From assembly GCA_013265495.1 (NCBI GenBank), contig MU058387.1:62001-126000 (forward strand): a stretch of DNA of 64,000 nucleotides, written 5' to 3'. The position numbers and the translations under genes are program-made. Below the pieces are notes generated by a model, which was not told where the DNA came from, made no database searches, and saw only the letters and a list, made by a program, of their open reading frames with translations. Within the stretch, counting starts at the first letter, position 1. Every line of letters begins with the position of its first letter. Below, piece after piece: positions 26,285 to 39,395 of this stretch. This stretch comes from Vicugna vicugna (lineage: Eukaryota).

Positions 26285-26848
26285 ACATGCACCCCAATGT
26301 TCACAGCAGCATTATTTACAATTGCCAAGAAATGGAAGCAACCTAAGTGTCTATTAAGAGATGAACAGATAAAGAAGATGTGGTATATGTATACAATGGA
26401 ATATTACTCAGCCATAAAAAAGAATAAAATTTTGCCATGTACAACAACATGGATGGACTAGGAGGGCATTATAATAAGTTAAATAAGTCACACAGGGAAA
26501 GAAAAATACTGAATGATACCATGTGGAATCTAAAAAATACTACAAATTAGTGAAGATAACAAAAAACAAGCAGACTCACAGATATAGAGAACAAACTAGT
26601 GGTTGCCAGGGGGAGAGTGAAGGGGAGAGGGGCAACATAGGGGAAGGGGAGTAAAAGGTAAAACTATTTGGTATAAAATAAGCTACAAGGATATATACTG
26701 TACCACATGGGGAATGTAGCCAATATTTTATAATAACTATAAATGGAGCATAATCTTTAAAAAGTGTGAAACACTCCATCATACAACTGTAATATCTAAT
26801 ATTATACAGCAACTATATACTTCAAAAATAATAAATAAAAAATAAAGA
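26285..26848 (+). mobile_element. Cetartiodactyl-type L1 3' fragment nested in MER21
   Basis: atgcaccccaatgttcacagcagcattatttacaat...atggaatattactcagccataaaaaagaat...aagctacaaggatata...caactatatacttcaaaaa followed by an A-rich tail. Confidence 0.92.
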
Positions 26849-27336
26849 AGATGATAAAGGATACAAATAAGCAGCCAGATGAAAAGATATATAGGCCGAG
26901 GTTCATGAGAAGCTGAGTGCAACACCCCCCCAGCATGTGGATGTGTTCACCAATCCGGAAGCTCTTCAAACCCTGTATGCTAGGATTTTTATAGAGGCTA
27001 CATCTTGTGGGCATGATTTAGCATTCATTCAACTTCTCACGCCTTTCTCCTTACTGGATGATGGGGGTGGGGCTGAAAATTCCAAGCCTCTGATCATGAC
27101 TCGATCTTTCTGGTGACCAGCTCCCATCCTGAAGTGATCCAGGAGCCCACTGAGAGTTGCCTCATTAGAGCAATAGAGGTTCCCATCACCCAGGAAATTC
27201 CAAGGGATTTAGGAGCTCTGTGTCAAGAATGGGGGTCAAAAGACTAAATGTCAGAACAAAAGAGGGTCCTAATACTCTTACCACTTAGGGAATTACAAGG
27301 GTTTTAGGAGCTCTGTTTCATGAACTGGGATGGATG

Positions 27337-27384
<48 letters not shown>
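27337..27384. repeat. (GATA)12 microsatellite
   Basis: Perfect array preceded by GATG units and followed by GACA. Confidence 0.97.
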
Positions 27385-27386
<2 letters not shown>

Positions 27387-28795
27387 CAGAACATTTTTCA
27401 ATTATTTTGTAATTATCAATTAATATTTTTCTTAAAATAAAGATTTTTGATTAGACAACTAGAGAAAAAAAGTCTCTGAATTCTTCACAGGGTCAAGGGA
27501 AAACGTCCTCCAGTTGTGCTCTTACAGAGAGGATCTGGTAACATTCATTGATCTTCTTATCGACAAGCCTAAAGTAAATGCATCATTTATCTAATGGCTG
27601 ATTGATGAGTTTGCCTTCCAAATCAAAGAGAAGTATTTCTCACATTCCACTGCATTCCCATTTCAGATTTAAAGCATAAAGTGTATTTAATTTTTTACCA
27701 GTGTGCCAAATGGGGCTTATCAGAACATGACATTTTGGATCCATGCCATGGGGCCATCTTACAAGTGAAAAAGCTTTATAATGAGGTACTTCTGCTGCTG
27801 CTGCTGCCAGGAATAAGTTCTTCAGTGAGGACTAAGCAGACAGGCATTATGCCAAATTTCACACCAATTCAAATCGCACTTGGACTAACCTTTAGGGATG
27901 GAATTGATTTTCTGTAACAAAGGTGTACCACCACTGAGAATATTCAAAAGAAAACACTGAAAGCAATTCTAAAAAGAAATTCCTGAACTGTTTTGTGTGT
28001 GTGATGACAACCTGATTGGAATAAATTGTAAGCCTCCCATCGTGGCTATTTTGAATGATCAAATATTCCTTGGACATAGAATTTCCAATACTTTTGGTAC
28101 AAAATCTATTTTATGTTTTTATTATAATATGTATAATGTGTAAATGCAAAGCCTGTCTGCACACACACACATCCCTGAAGACACACTGGTCTATTTGATA
28201 TTTGGCAGATGTCATATTATTTTTTTCAAATGTTTTAAGAATAGCACACTAAAACACATCTTTCCTGGTATGCAACCCCATGTGAATTTTAAGGAGTACA
28301 AAGTCTACCTTTGATTCATTTACACTTTAACTCAACAAAATGTCATGCCGTGAGAGACGTTTGATGTGCAAAAGACAGCTAGGTATTTCTCCCATCTTTT
28401 GTTTCTTAAACACAGAATAACAATCTTAGCTAATTAAAAACAAAACTACCTCCTTGTAAGATTTAGATCAATTCAGAGCTGAGGAAAAAAAATATGCTTT
28501 AAGTGTGCTCTATGGTGAGAGGGAAAAAAAAAAAACTAGGGTATAGCAGAACTAAAGAGTCACTTACTTTCATGCCCTTAATCATCAGATGAAGTAAGCA
28601 AGAAAGGCAGGAATCAGGAAGATGGAATTAGCTAGCCAGGGTGCCCTTTGCAGCTCTGGACCAGAGTTAAGAGGAGAGTTGAGTTTCCTGTTGCAATAGC
28701 CAATTATTTTTCCACTAGGTAATAAAAACCTTCCAAAGAAATCTAGATCTATTCATGAACAAATACACACCTACAGACATAGAACGAGGGGATAA

Positions 28796-28863
28796 GTGTG
28801 TGTGTGCACATATAAGTGTGTATATGTGAGTATGCATGTTTGCGTGTGTGTGTGTGTGTGTGT
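28796..28863. repeat. Imperfect (TG)n microsatellite
   Basis: Read directly from the sequence. Confidence 0.85.
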
Positions 28864-29879
28864 AGATAGATAAACAGACATAGTGAAAACTAGACAGACT
28901 AACTTTTAAGGATGGAACTGATTTTCTAGAACCAAGCTGTACCGCCACTTAGACCATTCAAAAGGAAAAGCTGTAGGCCTTATAAGCAAATTCATATATA
29001 CTGATAATTTATATAATGCTCTTATAACTCATGTGATGCTCAGACAGTTCATATATTAATATGATTTCATACTTATGAATATAAAAAAATTTTCAAAAGA
29101 ATATTCTTTGAACTTTTGCTCAAATCATAATACAATTCAAATCTTAAAGGGGTTCGCTCGTCCCAAGCTGAAATGGTATTTGGGGTGGGAGAGGGGGCGA
29201 AGGCAGAAGGCAAGTGCATTTGTGAAAAATCTTACTGGCATTGCTCTAAATTTCCTTTGAAAAAAGAACAGAATGCAGTTTTTCTGTCAACCTTCGGAAA
29301 CATAGAATGCTTTTGTTTTGAGTGACTGTCTTTACCTCTATCCTACTACCTACCCAGAGACACGACCTGTTCATAGACCAAATCTAAGGCTAATGCTAAA
29401 GATGATCTAAATATTAACAGGTTTAGCATCTGATTTTGTTTCACTTCCAAGCACAGCGATTTTCCAATTTTCACCGAGGTCTACTTTTTTTTAATTGAGG
29501 TCATTACTGTCTGTCTGCGGGAATGAACATTCTTGAACTCCTTGGATAGGTGAGCAGAGAGTCTCTCACGAGAACAAAGCACAAGCAATAAACAGAATTT
29601 ATCAGAACTGTTAGCTTTGATAAATCACCAGGTCTTATAAACCAGTATGAAGTCACGTAGCCTATCAAAGAAAGAATTCGCACTGGTGGTTATTTGGTCA
29701 TCAATGGATCAGAAGATTTTCATGTTCCCTCCCCTCCCTTCTTCCTCAAACAGAGATAACAGTATCAGTTCTCACTGAGTTGTCCATGAGGAAGGCCGAG
29801 AAAGTAACCCCTCACATGTTTCTTGGCTTTGGTATTTGTGTTTTAGTAAAATCTGATTTTGAAACTTTAACTCATTACT

Positions 29880-30020
29880 TATTTAAGAGCACAAGTTTTA
29901 GGATGAGGTCGAGCTTGGTTTAAATGCTGGCATGCTACTTATTAGCTAAATACTCTGAACAAATTGCCTGACTGTTCAGAGTTAGAATTCCCTGAATGTG
30001 AAATGGATAATAAGAATTCA
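29880..30020 (+). mobile_element. MIR fragment
   Basis: ttaagagcacaag...ggtttaaatgctggcatgctacttattagct...gtgaaatggataataa. Confidence 0.65.
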
Positions 30021-30469
30021 TTCAGGTTTTCATTTAAATAATAATTCTTGACTCTATAAAGTGCCAGACATCGTGCTACGCTCTGAAGACACAAAGGATG
30101 GACGTGGACCACACAGCATCCTCCCAGGGCCTCCCCTCAGTGCAGCAGATAGACATGCCCCCAGGGAGTCACAGAAATGACGGTGAAGTTCCAACTGGGA
30201 TGAATGTGACAAACGAGAGGTTCTCTTGGTCTAGGGCCACATAAGGATGGGAGTGTGGAATAATTAGCAATTATCTGGTAGATAAGCAGGAGTTGACCAA
30301 TAAAGGAAAGATCTTTTTTTTAATTTATGCTTTAGGCAACAATCACAATGCACCCCCCGCACCCCAGGTACCAAGAGGCTGATACAGAGACACAAAGTAA
30401 ACCAGTGTGCCCAAGAGAAAACATACTGTGTTGTGTGTACCTGAGCGTGCACATGAACACACGCATTTA

Positions 30470-30760
30470 TGGAATAAATGCATGTTTTAAACATAAAACA
30501 GAACCACAACTACAATTTTTTCCACAACATGCTTGTTACAAAATTTTATAGATTATATCTTTCATGTCCATTCATAAATCTCTAAGTCATTCATTTAATT
30601 ATTGCCTTGGGTTCCATTGGGTTTAGCACCATAATTTAACTGTTCTTCTATTGATAAAAGCTTAGGGTGTTTCCTATTTTTTGATTGCAATAATGCATCA
30701 GTGAATGTTCTTGTATTTGTATCTTAGCTCAATCCTGTTGCTATTTCAGTGAGATAGTCA
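30470..30760 (-). mobile_element. Ancient L1 (L1ME-like) fragment
   Basis: ttccattgg...ccataatttaac...ctattgat...ttagggtgtttcctattttt...aataatgcatcagtgaatgttcttgta. Confidence 0.6.
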
Positions 30761-30769
30761 GACCCTTGC

Positions 30770-31155
30770 CTATAATTACACTCTGAACACAGACAAAATT
30801 GCTTGTTGCCCTTACGGGAATTTCGGCTTCATAGAGAGGTAAATAGTCATATGAATAAATTCACACTTAAAATATTGGTAAACATTCTGAAGGGAAGTAA
30901 AGCATTCCATAAGACTGGGAAACCTGATTTCAACAGGTGCAGTGGGTCAGGCACGGGCTCTTTTATGCTGAGACAGAGCAGTAGAGGTTAGCTGCGTGAG
31001 GCTGGGATCGGTGAGGATTTAGAGAAGAGAGAAAGGCCATTAGGCAGGTGGTGGGTTTGATGAACTTGTACCCCTGGAACATCCTACATCTAAAGAGAAT
31101 GCCGGGACATGAAGAAGAGAGATGCAGGGCTTAGCTACGCAAAGCCTTGTGGGTG
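30770..31155 (-). mobile_element. L2 fragment
   Basis: gacaaaattgcttgttgcccttacgg...ggtcaggcacggctc...aaagccttgtggg. Confidence 0.5.
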
Positions 31156-31494
31156 TACCTCATTCTGTGTGCACTGAAATGATCCGTTCTGCTTTATTCT
31201 TTCCTGTCCCATTTGAATGACTGAAGTTGACTAACTGGGCAACTGTCTCGTAAGCGCTCTGCATCGTTTCCGCATGTACACTTTATTAATTTAAAGCCAC
31301 CCACTTACAAAGACCACAGCCTGCACAAAACAATCACTGGAGAGCCTGAAAAATGGGAACAGAACAAAGCACAAAACCCTGATGCCTATAGATTTTGTCC
31401 TAGTTGGTCAGAGGCAAATCCAGGACATCAATACATATTTTTTTTCCTTAAAGTTCCTTGAGCAGAGCCAGGTTTGAGAACTAATGTTTTAAGG

Positions 31495-31620
31495 CAGTGC
31501 TTCTCAAACTGCAATGTGCATATGGATTACCTATAGATCTTGTTAAAATGCAGACTCTGAGTCAGCGGGCTGGGGGTGGCCCTGAGGGTGTGCTTTCCTG
31601 ACCCATCTCAGGGATGCTCC
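31495..31620. mobile_element. MER5A-like hAT MITE
   Basis: cagtgcttctcaaact...gatcttgttaaaatgcagactctgagtcag...gggggtggccctgag. Confidence 0.85.
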
Positions 31621-34009
31621 TCAGGCTCAAGGCCATATAATCAACTGCCCCCTAAACCGCCAGATGCAGAGGAGAAGGGGTCGGGAGAGATGGGATACGG
31701 GGTCAGGAGACCCAGATCTTATAGATCTATAATTAATAAATAATATAATGTGTAAGTCTAATTTATAAGTTTATGACTTTTGTCCAAATCACTTTACCTT
31801 AACTCCAAACTGAAAAACATAAGTACTTCGAAGGTCTCTCTGGAAGAACAAATGAGGAACAAATCTGAATCTATTTTATAGCATATCGTTACTGCTGCTG
31901 CTACTGCTGCTTAACGCAATTCTGTCATCACAGCACTCAGTTACCGAGCATCTACTGTGGAGACGACGCAGGGTTAGATGCTTTTCCCACATACTGATCC
32001 TCGTTCGATGATCCCTGTTTTACGGAGGAATAATCTGGCCTGCGTGGGTCAAGGTGCCTGCAAACTATTTAGAATTTTACAAATGGATTTCATCAGTATT
32101 ATCTTCCTCTGAGAGCCTGTGGAAACACTCTGATTTAATCGGCTGCTGGTTCATTTGAGCCAGTACGTTCCTGTGTTCCTAGTTTATTCAATTACCCAAC
32201 TGGGCGTTCTCTTTCACTGAGGAAATAGGAACAAATTGTTACCGAGAAAATGGTTCTTAAAAGAGAGACAGTCGTCTCCTCTCCTTTCCCATTTTCTGTG
32301 TGTGTGTCTGCATGTGCACACGTATACATGCATTAAGATTTAGCTCCAACTCCTTGCTTTAACCTCACAGCTGCGACCTTTAAACCATATTCCGACTTTC
32401 CAGAATTATCCAGAATTGACTATTTTATGCCACAGTGTGTAAGTTAAATCTCTTTATCTCAAACAATGATTTAGAGAGAGACCTCCCCAAGATACACATA
32501 TAATGCTATGATTTATTCTATATTTACTGAAATGTCATATTAGCTTAATTCTAGCCATTTGGTAATTGGAATGTGTACATTTATATTTTTGCAACTATTT
32601 TTCAAAAAATATTGCCATTTAAGGAAATAAACTAACAGTACTCATATATACTTTCCAGCAAGAGCCAAATAAAGAAAATTCTGACTTTGGGAATTTTTCC
32701 TTTCCTTTCTGCCTGGTTTGCAGGTGTGCTGTGGCATTCACATTCTTGCGGTCTTGGCATGTCTTCAGAGTAGAGGGAATTGCATTTTTGTGGAACTGAA
32801 AGTACAAAATGTAATTAACATTCTTTATGGTGTTAGTGATAGTAGAGAATTTACGATTTTTATTTTAGGTGTGAAATTATACTTTAAAATGATTTTAAAA
32901 CAAAGATGTAAAAAGAAGCTTCTAGTTCCTTATTGCTGTTAAGTGATGTTCTTCATATTTTACAAATTCACTTATTCTCCTAAGAACAGAATGTCTTTCT
33001 CTTTGTTTCAGACCCAAAACATAAAAATCCCCTCACTCAACATGATTTGATATCACTCTTTGTCTCTTCTACCTACGACTCATACCCCCTTCCTGGTTTC
33101 ACACAACTAGAAAAGCTTGAGAAAAAATACGAATCTTTTTTTCTATTTAGAAATATGAGAGAGGTAAGGAAGTGTGTACAGAGGGCATCAAACCATTAGA
33201 GATGAAATGAAATTTTGGTCTAAACTCTCTGCCTCTATGTGTTTTGTAATAGCTAGATATTCAGCAGGATTTCAGGAAGTGACTTAATTTTCACTTTTTG
33301 TTAGGGCATTGAAAAGTTAGCCAAGAAGGCACCCTCCTTGTGGGATTTTTTTTTTTTTTGGTATAAGAAATGTTTCTGAAATTAGGGTGTTGTTTCACAT
33401 CAATCTCTCAACAAAATTTTGCACATAATTCTTAAAGACAGAGAGAGAAGGAGAGGAGGGCAAAGGAGAGGGAGGAGAAAGAGGTCATACACTATACATG
33501 ATTTAAGATTTAAGCAGATTTCGTAGCACACACTGAAGGGCTGAAAGAGCAGGACGCAATTCTGAAGAAATGATAGGAATTTCAACTTGTGACATATTTT
33601 CAGCATGCTTGAGCATGGTGAGAGTCTATCAGGAAATGAGTCACAAGGAGGAAACCAAGCTGAGCTGATGCCACTTTTCTTTATGTTAGGGCATACATTT
33701 TGCTGTTCATCTGGACAGGCATTCCTGTCTTTGGGAGTAAATATATAAAAATTATGATTAGTTCTCTTAGGGGGGATTTTTGAAGATCACATGGCCAATT
33801 ACAGACGGGAAAAAAAAAAAAGGGTCTCTGTTTCAGCAAGCTGTCCACCAAGTCTCAATACCAGGCAAAGGAAAAGAAGCTATTATGGGGCATTTCACTC
33901 AGTATACTTGACCAGCTAGTGAAAAATCTGACTTTTCCTGGCAAAAGACAAAGCATAAACCAATGGGTGAAAGTTCGTAAGTCAGAGTCTCATGTTGTAG
34001 AAGTCACGG

Positions 34010-34260
34010 GAGAAGAGGAAAGAGTTGCTGGACACAGATCAGGATGAAAATGAACCGGGGAAAATGAAGAACAGGGTATTTCGGCCCCCAAGTTAGGAAT
34101 ACTTGAAGGGTCATCCAGGCAATAAACAACGGGATAAAACAACAGATCTGTTTTGACGGGTATCTCGAAGAACCAACCATGGGCTTCCGAATAAAGAATT
34201 CAGAATGTGGAGGAAACAAGGGCTTGTGATAGACGGAATGGGAAAATGCAAATACTGGAA
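34010..34260 (+). mobile_element. Possible L3/CR1 fragment
   Basis: aatacttgaagggtcatc...gggat...agatctgttttg loosely matches the CR1/L3 3' coding region. Confidence 0.4.
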
Positions 34261-34605
34261 AGAAAAAAAAAGGAAAAAAAACAAACATTCTTGGGAGATT
34301 ACATCTTTCAAAATCAGTCCAAAAAGATGAGATAGGATAGGTGTGACATTTTGTGTCTTCAATCCTTCCTGTCTTTGAAAATGTAAGAATGCTTGCAAAT
34401 TGTAACTTCTAAGTATTCCTGCTTTTAATATGAATCATCATCATCACCATTATCAGGAATATAATTACATTGAGCCCATGCTGTTCTGAAATATTTTCTA
34501 AATCATGACATATCTATAATAAAATTCATTAACTAATCTGGTATTAAGTGTATATTTAAAGTGAAGCTAGAACTCCTGGTCTGCTGCATAACATTTCTTT
34601 CTTCT

Positions 34606-34695
34606 CTTTTTAATTGAAGTATAGTCAGTTACAACGTGTCGATTTCTGGTGCGCCGCACAATGTTTCAGTCATACACATACACACATAGTATTTC
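34606..34695 (-). mobile_element. Very short L1 3' stub
   Basis: ttttaattgaagtatagtcagttacaacgtgtcgatttctggtg is the reverse complement of the L1 terminus seen at about 12680-12730. Confidence 0.85.
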
Positions 34696-35747
34696 CATTA
34701 TAATCTGCTCACATCGTCAGTCTGTCATATTTTAGAGCGGTTTAGAGTAGACTGCCCGGGAAGAAGAGTCAGGGGCCAATTCAACACAGGGCTTGGCTTC
34801 AAAATCAGGCCACTCTTAAAGTAATGTGTCTAAACTTCCTTCAAATGAGACTTGGAAATTGATCACAAAGCCCTCTGAAGGGGTCGAGGTGGGACTGTAG
34901 GTGGGGGAGAAGAGTACTATATATAATTTGGTTGCCTGAGTGGCTAGGAGCCAAATGAGGGAGAAATTGGCTGGCATGTGGAGAGCAGAATCTGGCAATA
35001 TTTGATGGATATAAGCAATAAGCCCGGCCAGATTGTCAGGCCTCTCAACTTGGATGTTTTCAAAGGGACACTGAATTTAACAACTGCAGCCGTGTATTCA
35101 TGAGCCATATTTACCATTTGATCACACTCGATATTAATGTTCTAAAATGTGGACAATTAAAAAGGAAATTTTTTTCTTACTTTTCACTTTACTTCAAATA
35201 ATTTTCAAGAGCCAGTACTTAACCAAAACCAGCTGTATTTTCAAGTCCCAATCATTATTATGAAGTCATTTCTAAGAGTGCTTTGATTACTTTAATGTGG
35301 TTTAATTTTGAACATTCTAGTAAAATCTTATACAGTACACAAATGGAAACGCCTCGTCAATCTTAAAAAAAAGTCCTTAGAGAACATTTTTTCCTTTTCT
35401 TCCTTGTTCACATCTTTCGTTCACATTGAAGTTCCTGAATTCGTTTAGAGCCTTTCCACCAAATAACTTTCTTCAAGGTCCTTGTGCATCGAAGACATGC
35501 AGTCAGATGTTTTATTCAACAAATGCATGTTAAGCATATGCTTTGAAGCTGGAACGACCTGATAATAGTAGAAAAGAAAAAGATGTATTTTCTTCCTAAT
35601 TGTAAGGAGAATTAAAAAGTGATGGAGTAATCTAATGATCAAGCCATGACTATCAGTGATGGGTACTTTCTGACACAACTTGTGTCAATTGGCCAAAAAT
35701 GTTTTGTCTTTGTTAGTTTTCTTATTCTAAATATATGCAAAGAGAGG

Positions 35748-35950
35748 ACAGCATGACGTAGTAAAAGATACTACATTTGGAGTTTGGAACTAGAATGGGG
35801 CCTAAACATTGTTGATCCTACATTGTGGGAAAGTTTATTATCAGATTTGCAATGCCTTCCTCTATAAAATGTGAAAAAGTCCAACATTTCAAGGTGGTTC
35901 TAAAGATTAGAAACAGTGTACATGATAAGAGCATATTATGATTTACTATC
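35748..35950 (+). mobile_element. MIR SINE
   Basis: acagcatgacgtagtaaaagatactacatttggagt...ttcctctataaaatg...gttctaaagattaga. Confidence 0.6.
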
Positions 35951-36402
35951 AGTCTGACAGATACTGATGAATGTCATCTGGATAAAAAAGTAAACATGCA
36001 AAAAGTAAAATTTTAATAAAAGGAAGGGGTAATTATATTATCAAAAATCCCCTTAAACAGTACTTCATTCAGGGCTAAACAAGTTTGTATTATCTGACTT
36101 ACTCCTAGCTGATGCTAAACTCTTCAGGAATGCGTGGTACTAACTTCATCAAAGCTATCTTTTCTTCTTGATGGCTCATTATTCAAATATTTTCTTTGTT
36201 TCACTAGGTCACAGTTATTCACAGTTCCTGCCAGTTCACGGCCCTCTTGGGGACTCTTTTAATTGTAACCCCACTAAAGGGACAACGTGGATCACCACAT
36301 TAAAGACACCACCTGTGGGCCACCATGGAACGAGAAATGTCTGGTCCGTAAATCAACGGCTCTGGTTACTGTAACCACAGCAGAGTCTCCTCATAATAGA
36401 AG

Positions 36403-37327
36403 TGTTATCATGTGACATACTAAGAAAGATGTATTTAGTCTTTGTCCCTTGTTCCTGGCACAGAACCTCCCAAATCCTTATAATTTCCTGAGTGATAGGG
36501 GTAAGAAGAATTTTTTTTTTATAATTCATAATAAGCCCCTTTCAAACGTATCTGAGTTTATTCTAAAGAGGTCTGGGGACTGAGGGGACTGAGATCCAGC
36601 CAGATCTTGATGGGCCCTTAGATAACTTCAAGATGCGGCCCTACTACCAGAGGAACCAAGGATATGTTTAGAAGGCTAGAGCTTTTGGCCCTATACTCCA
36701 ACCTCTGGAGATGGGAGAAGGGTTGGGGATTTAGTTAATCACCAATGGCCAATGACTGAATCAAACACAACAATGTTGGAACCTCCATAAAAACCCTAAA
36801 GAAAGGAATGCAGAGAGCATCCAGGTTGGTGAACACATCCACCTGCTGGGAAGGGTGCACAGTCTAAACTCCACGAAGGGAGAGAGGCTCCTGTACTCAA
36901 GACACTTTCAGACCTCACCCTACATACCTCATTGTCTGCTTGTTCAGTTGTATCCTTTATAACAGCCTTTACAATAGGCCACTGATAGAAAGTGAAGTGT
37001 CTCCTTGGGTTCTATGAGCCATTATCGCAAATTATCAAACCTGAGGAGAGGGTCATGGGAATTGTTGCTTTGGAGCTAAACTGGACAGAAGTGTGAGTAA
37101 CCTCAGGACCCACAACTTGGGACTGGCATCTGAAATGGGAGGCAACTTTGCAGCACTGAGCCCTTAACTTGTGGGGTCTGCACTAAATCTGGGTAGTTAG
37201 CATCAGAATTTAATTAAACTATAGGACACCCAAGTGGTGTTTGCAGGAAACTGGAGAACTGATTGATTCACGTGGAAAACCCACCCATTTGTTGTCAGAA
37301 ATACTGTAAAGAGAGATACAGTTTACA
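36403..37327 (+). mobile_element. MER21-family solo LTR (near complete)
   Basis: gtctttgtcccttgttcctggcacagaacctcc...ttaatcaccaatggccaatga...ccaggttggtgaacacatcc...aactataggacaccca...ttgtcagaa. Confidence 0.9.
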
Positions 37328-39340
37328 TTTAAGAAGGTTCTAAAGTTAACCTAATACTCATAATTTTTTTCCATTAAAATGTATGTAGCTGACTTGCATT
37401 CTAAGTGGTATAGCACCTGAGTTTATTAAGAAAGTCTTCTAGATTAGGTTCAAGGATGTCCCTTTGAGTAAGTAACGAGGACTTTTTTGTTGTTGTTTTT
37501 GTTCTCTAAAGCAGTCCCAAAGACACTGCATGAGTTTCATAAGGGACAGTATTCTTGCTATGAAGCATTTAATCATAAATCCGAATATCCTCCTCAAAAG
37601 AATCAAGTGACCCTACCCCTCGCTTCTGCTCAGTTGACCCTAGAGCACTGAATTCATAGATGTGTGACATATTCTGACCCAGAAAAGATGAACTTGACTG
37701 GATTCTCTCTCAGGAATTTGACCTGAAAATACAAAGGTAATGAAAAAACTAGTAGTGGAAATTGAAACTAAAAGGAGAACAGACGTAGGTAGGTTCACAG
37801 CCATGAGACTGTATCAAAGCCAAAGTTACGAAGAATCAGAAACAATGAAGAAAGGAAAAGAGGAGGCTATGTGGTCACGGGATGGGGTGGGGGACTAAGA
37901 TCCAGCCAGATCTGTCCTGACCAAGTTGCTAGATTCGGTGTGGACCTCGTTCAATAGACACTGCTTTCATACTGACCCCACCAGGAGTGGGTAAATTATG
38001 TAATTCATTTACTAAGAGATCACATTTTTTTCTAATTCTAATGAAGATGGCCATGATGAGGAAACAGAAATTATATAGTTAAAAAAAAAGTTTGAAAAGA
38101 AAAGAATATACCTAAAAAAGCTGGGGTAGGAATAGGAACAGAAACTTAACCAGTTTTTGGTGAACCCTGAAGAGCCACAGTTTCTCTGAACAATGCTTCT
38201 AGAATTGCACTGGTTCATTCCTTTCCCCAAAGTACATTCAACTGTCCAAAATGATCCGCTGTATCAGATTTCTGATTTCTACTCACGGTTTTCTCTATTC
38301 TTCCACATAAGCATTCAGTAACTTTCACCTCCCATTTTACTGAAGTTAGATGAAGCTTTGCTCCACTATGAAAACAACCTAATCTGAATATCCGCCTTCA
38401 CTCTTTTCTACAGTGTGTGTGCACATGTATCTGTGTGCAGGGGAGCTGACTGCTCTCTCCCATCTGGGGAATTACTGTATTTTGTAATCAGTTCACCTTC
38501 TATGATGGCTTTGTGGTTCTACCTTACAAAATGCGTTATCTTCCTATGCCAACTTATTCATCAACCAACTTATTAAACATAAGCCTCCACTCAAAGGAGC
38601 TATGACACTGATGATAGGGTTAACTTTTGAGACTTGGTCAAACCCAGAGAATAATATGTGATCAGAAGGATTACAGATTCTAGTTAGGTTAAATTACTTT
38701 GCTATTAACAAAAAATGTACTTGGGGGAAAAAATCTACTCTTGAGTCCAAAGCCATTGGAAGATTTTGAGGCTCTGAAAAACATATGATGTTCCCAGTTT
38801 CTCTGTTTGTTTCCACATTTGTAAAGGGATAAGGTGGACAAGACAGGCCCTAGAAGACTCCTTAAAGTCTAAAACATGATGAGATTCTACACATTTTACA
38901 GAACAAACTCAACATCAATCAAGGCAATTAATGTCCATGAAATTCTTAGTTGAAAAAATTGACCAGTAGTACTTATGATTATCATGTTATACCCATTGTT
39001 TTTGTAAATATATGATAAAGCACCTACTATGTTCACTGTTAAGCATTTATCACATACAATAGCTTCATATGAAGACAGAATTCCTAAAATCCACTAGAAA
39101 CAGAAAATTAAACATGAGAAGAGCTTGTCAGATGAAATGATACATACTTTCTTTCAAGTCAATACATAAGATGTATTTACAAAACACAACACACTCAAAT
39201 TTACCATCTTTATTCAACGTGATATAAAATTAGAATAATCTCCAGATCTATAGTGTAAAAAAATTAGGTACACACATCCCAAGGCTTACAAAGAAAATGC
39301 AGTGAAGAGAAGGGAAGATAATATTTGATATTTATACAAT

Positions 39341-39395
39341 CTCTCAGTCTCTCTGTCTCTCTCTCTCTCTCACACACATACACACACACACACAC
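39341..39395. repeat. Compound (CT)n(CA)n microsatellite
   Basis: Read directly from the sequence. Confidence 0.92.

Larger units (their letters stand above)
25937..27420 (-). mobile_element. MER21-family solo LTR, interrupted by an L1 and a GATA microsatellite
   Basis: cacttctgacatcaga...ggtgtcctatagttca...cagaactcaggg, then after the L1: ataaaggatacaaataagcagccagatgaa...gatgtgttcaccaatccggaagctct...ggatttaggagctctgtg (this last motif occurs twice). Confidence 0.85.

Noticed and set aside
34001..34096. Plus-strand exon-like peptide KSREKRKELLDTDQDENEPGKMKNR
   Set aside because: Splice sites are weak, I recognise no protein, and the region resembles an L3/CR1 relic.
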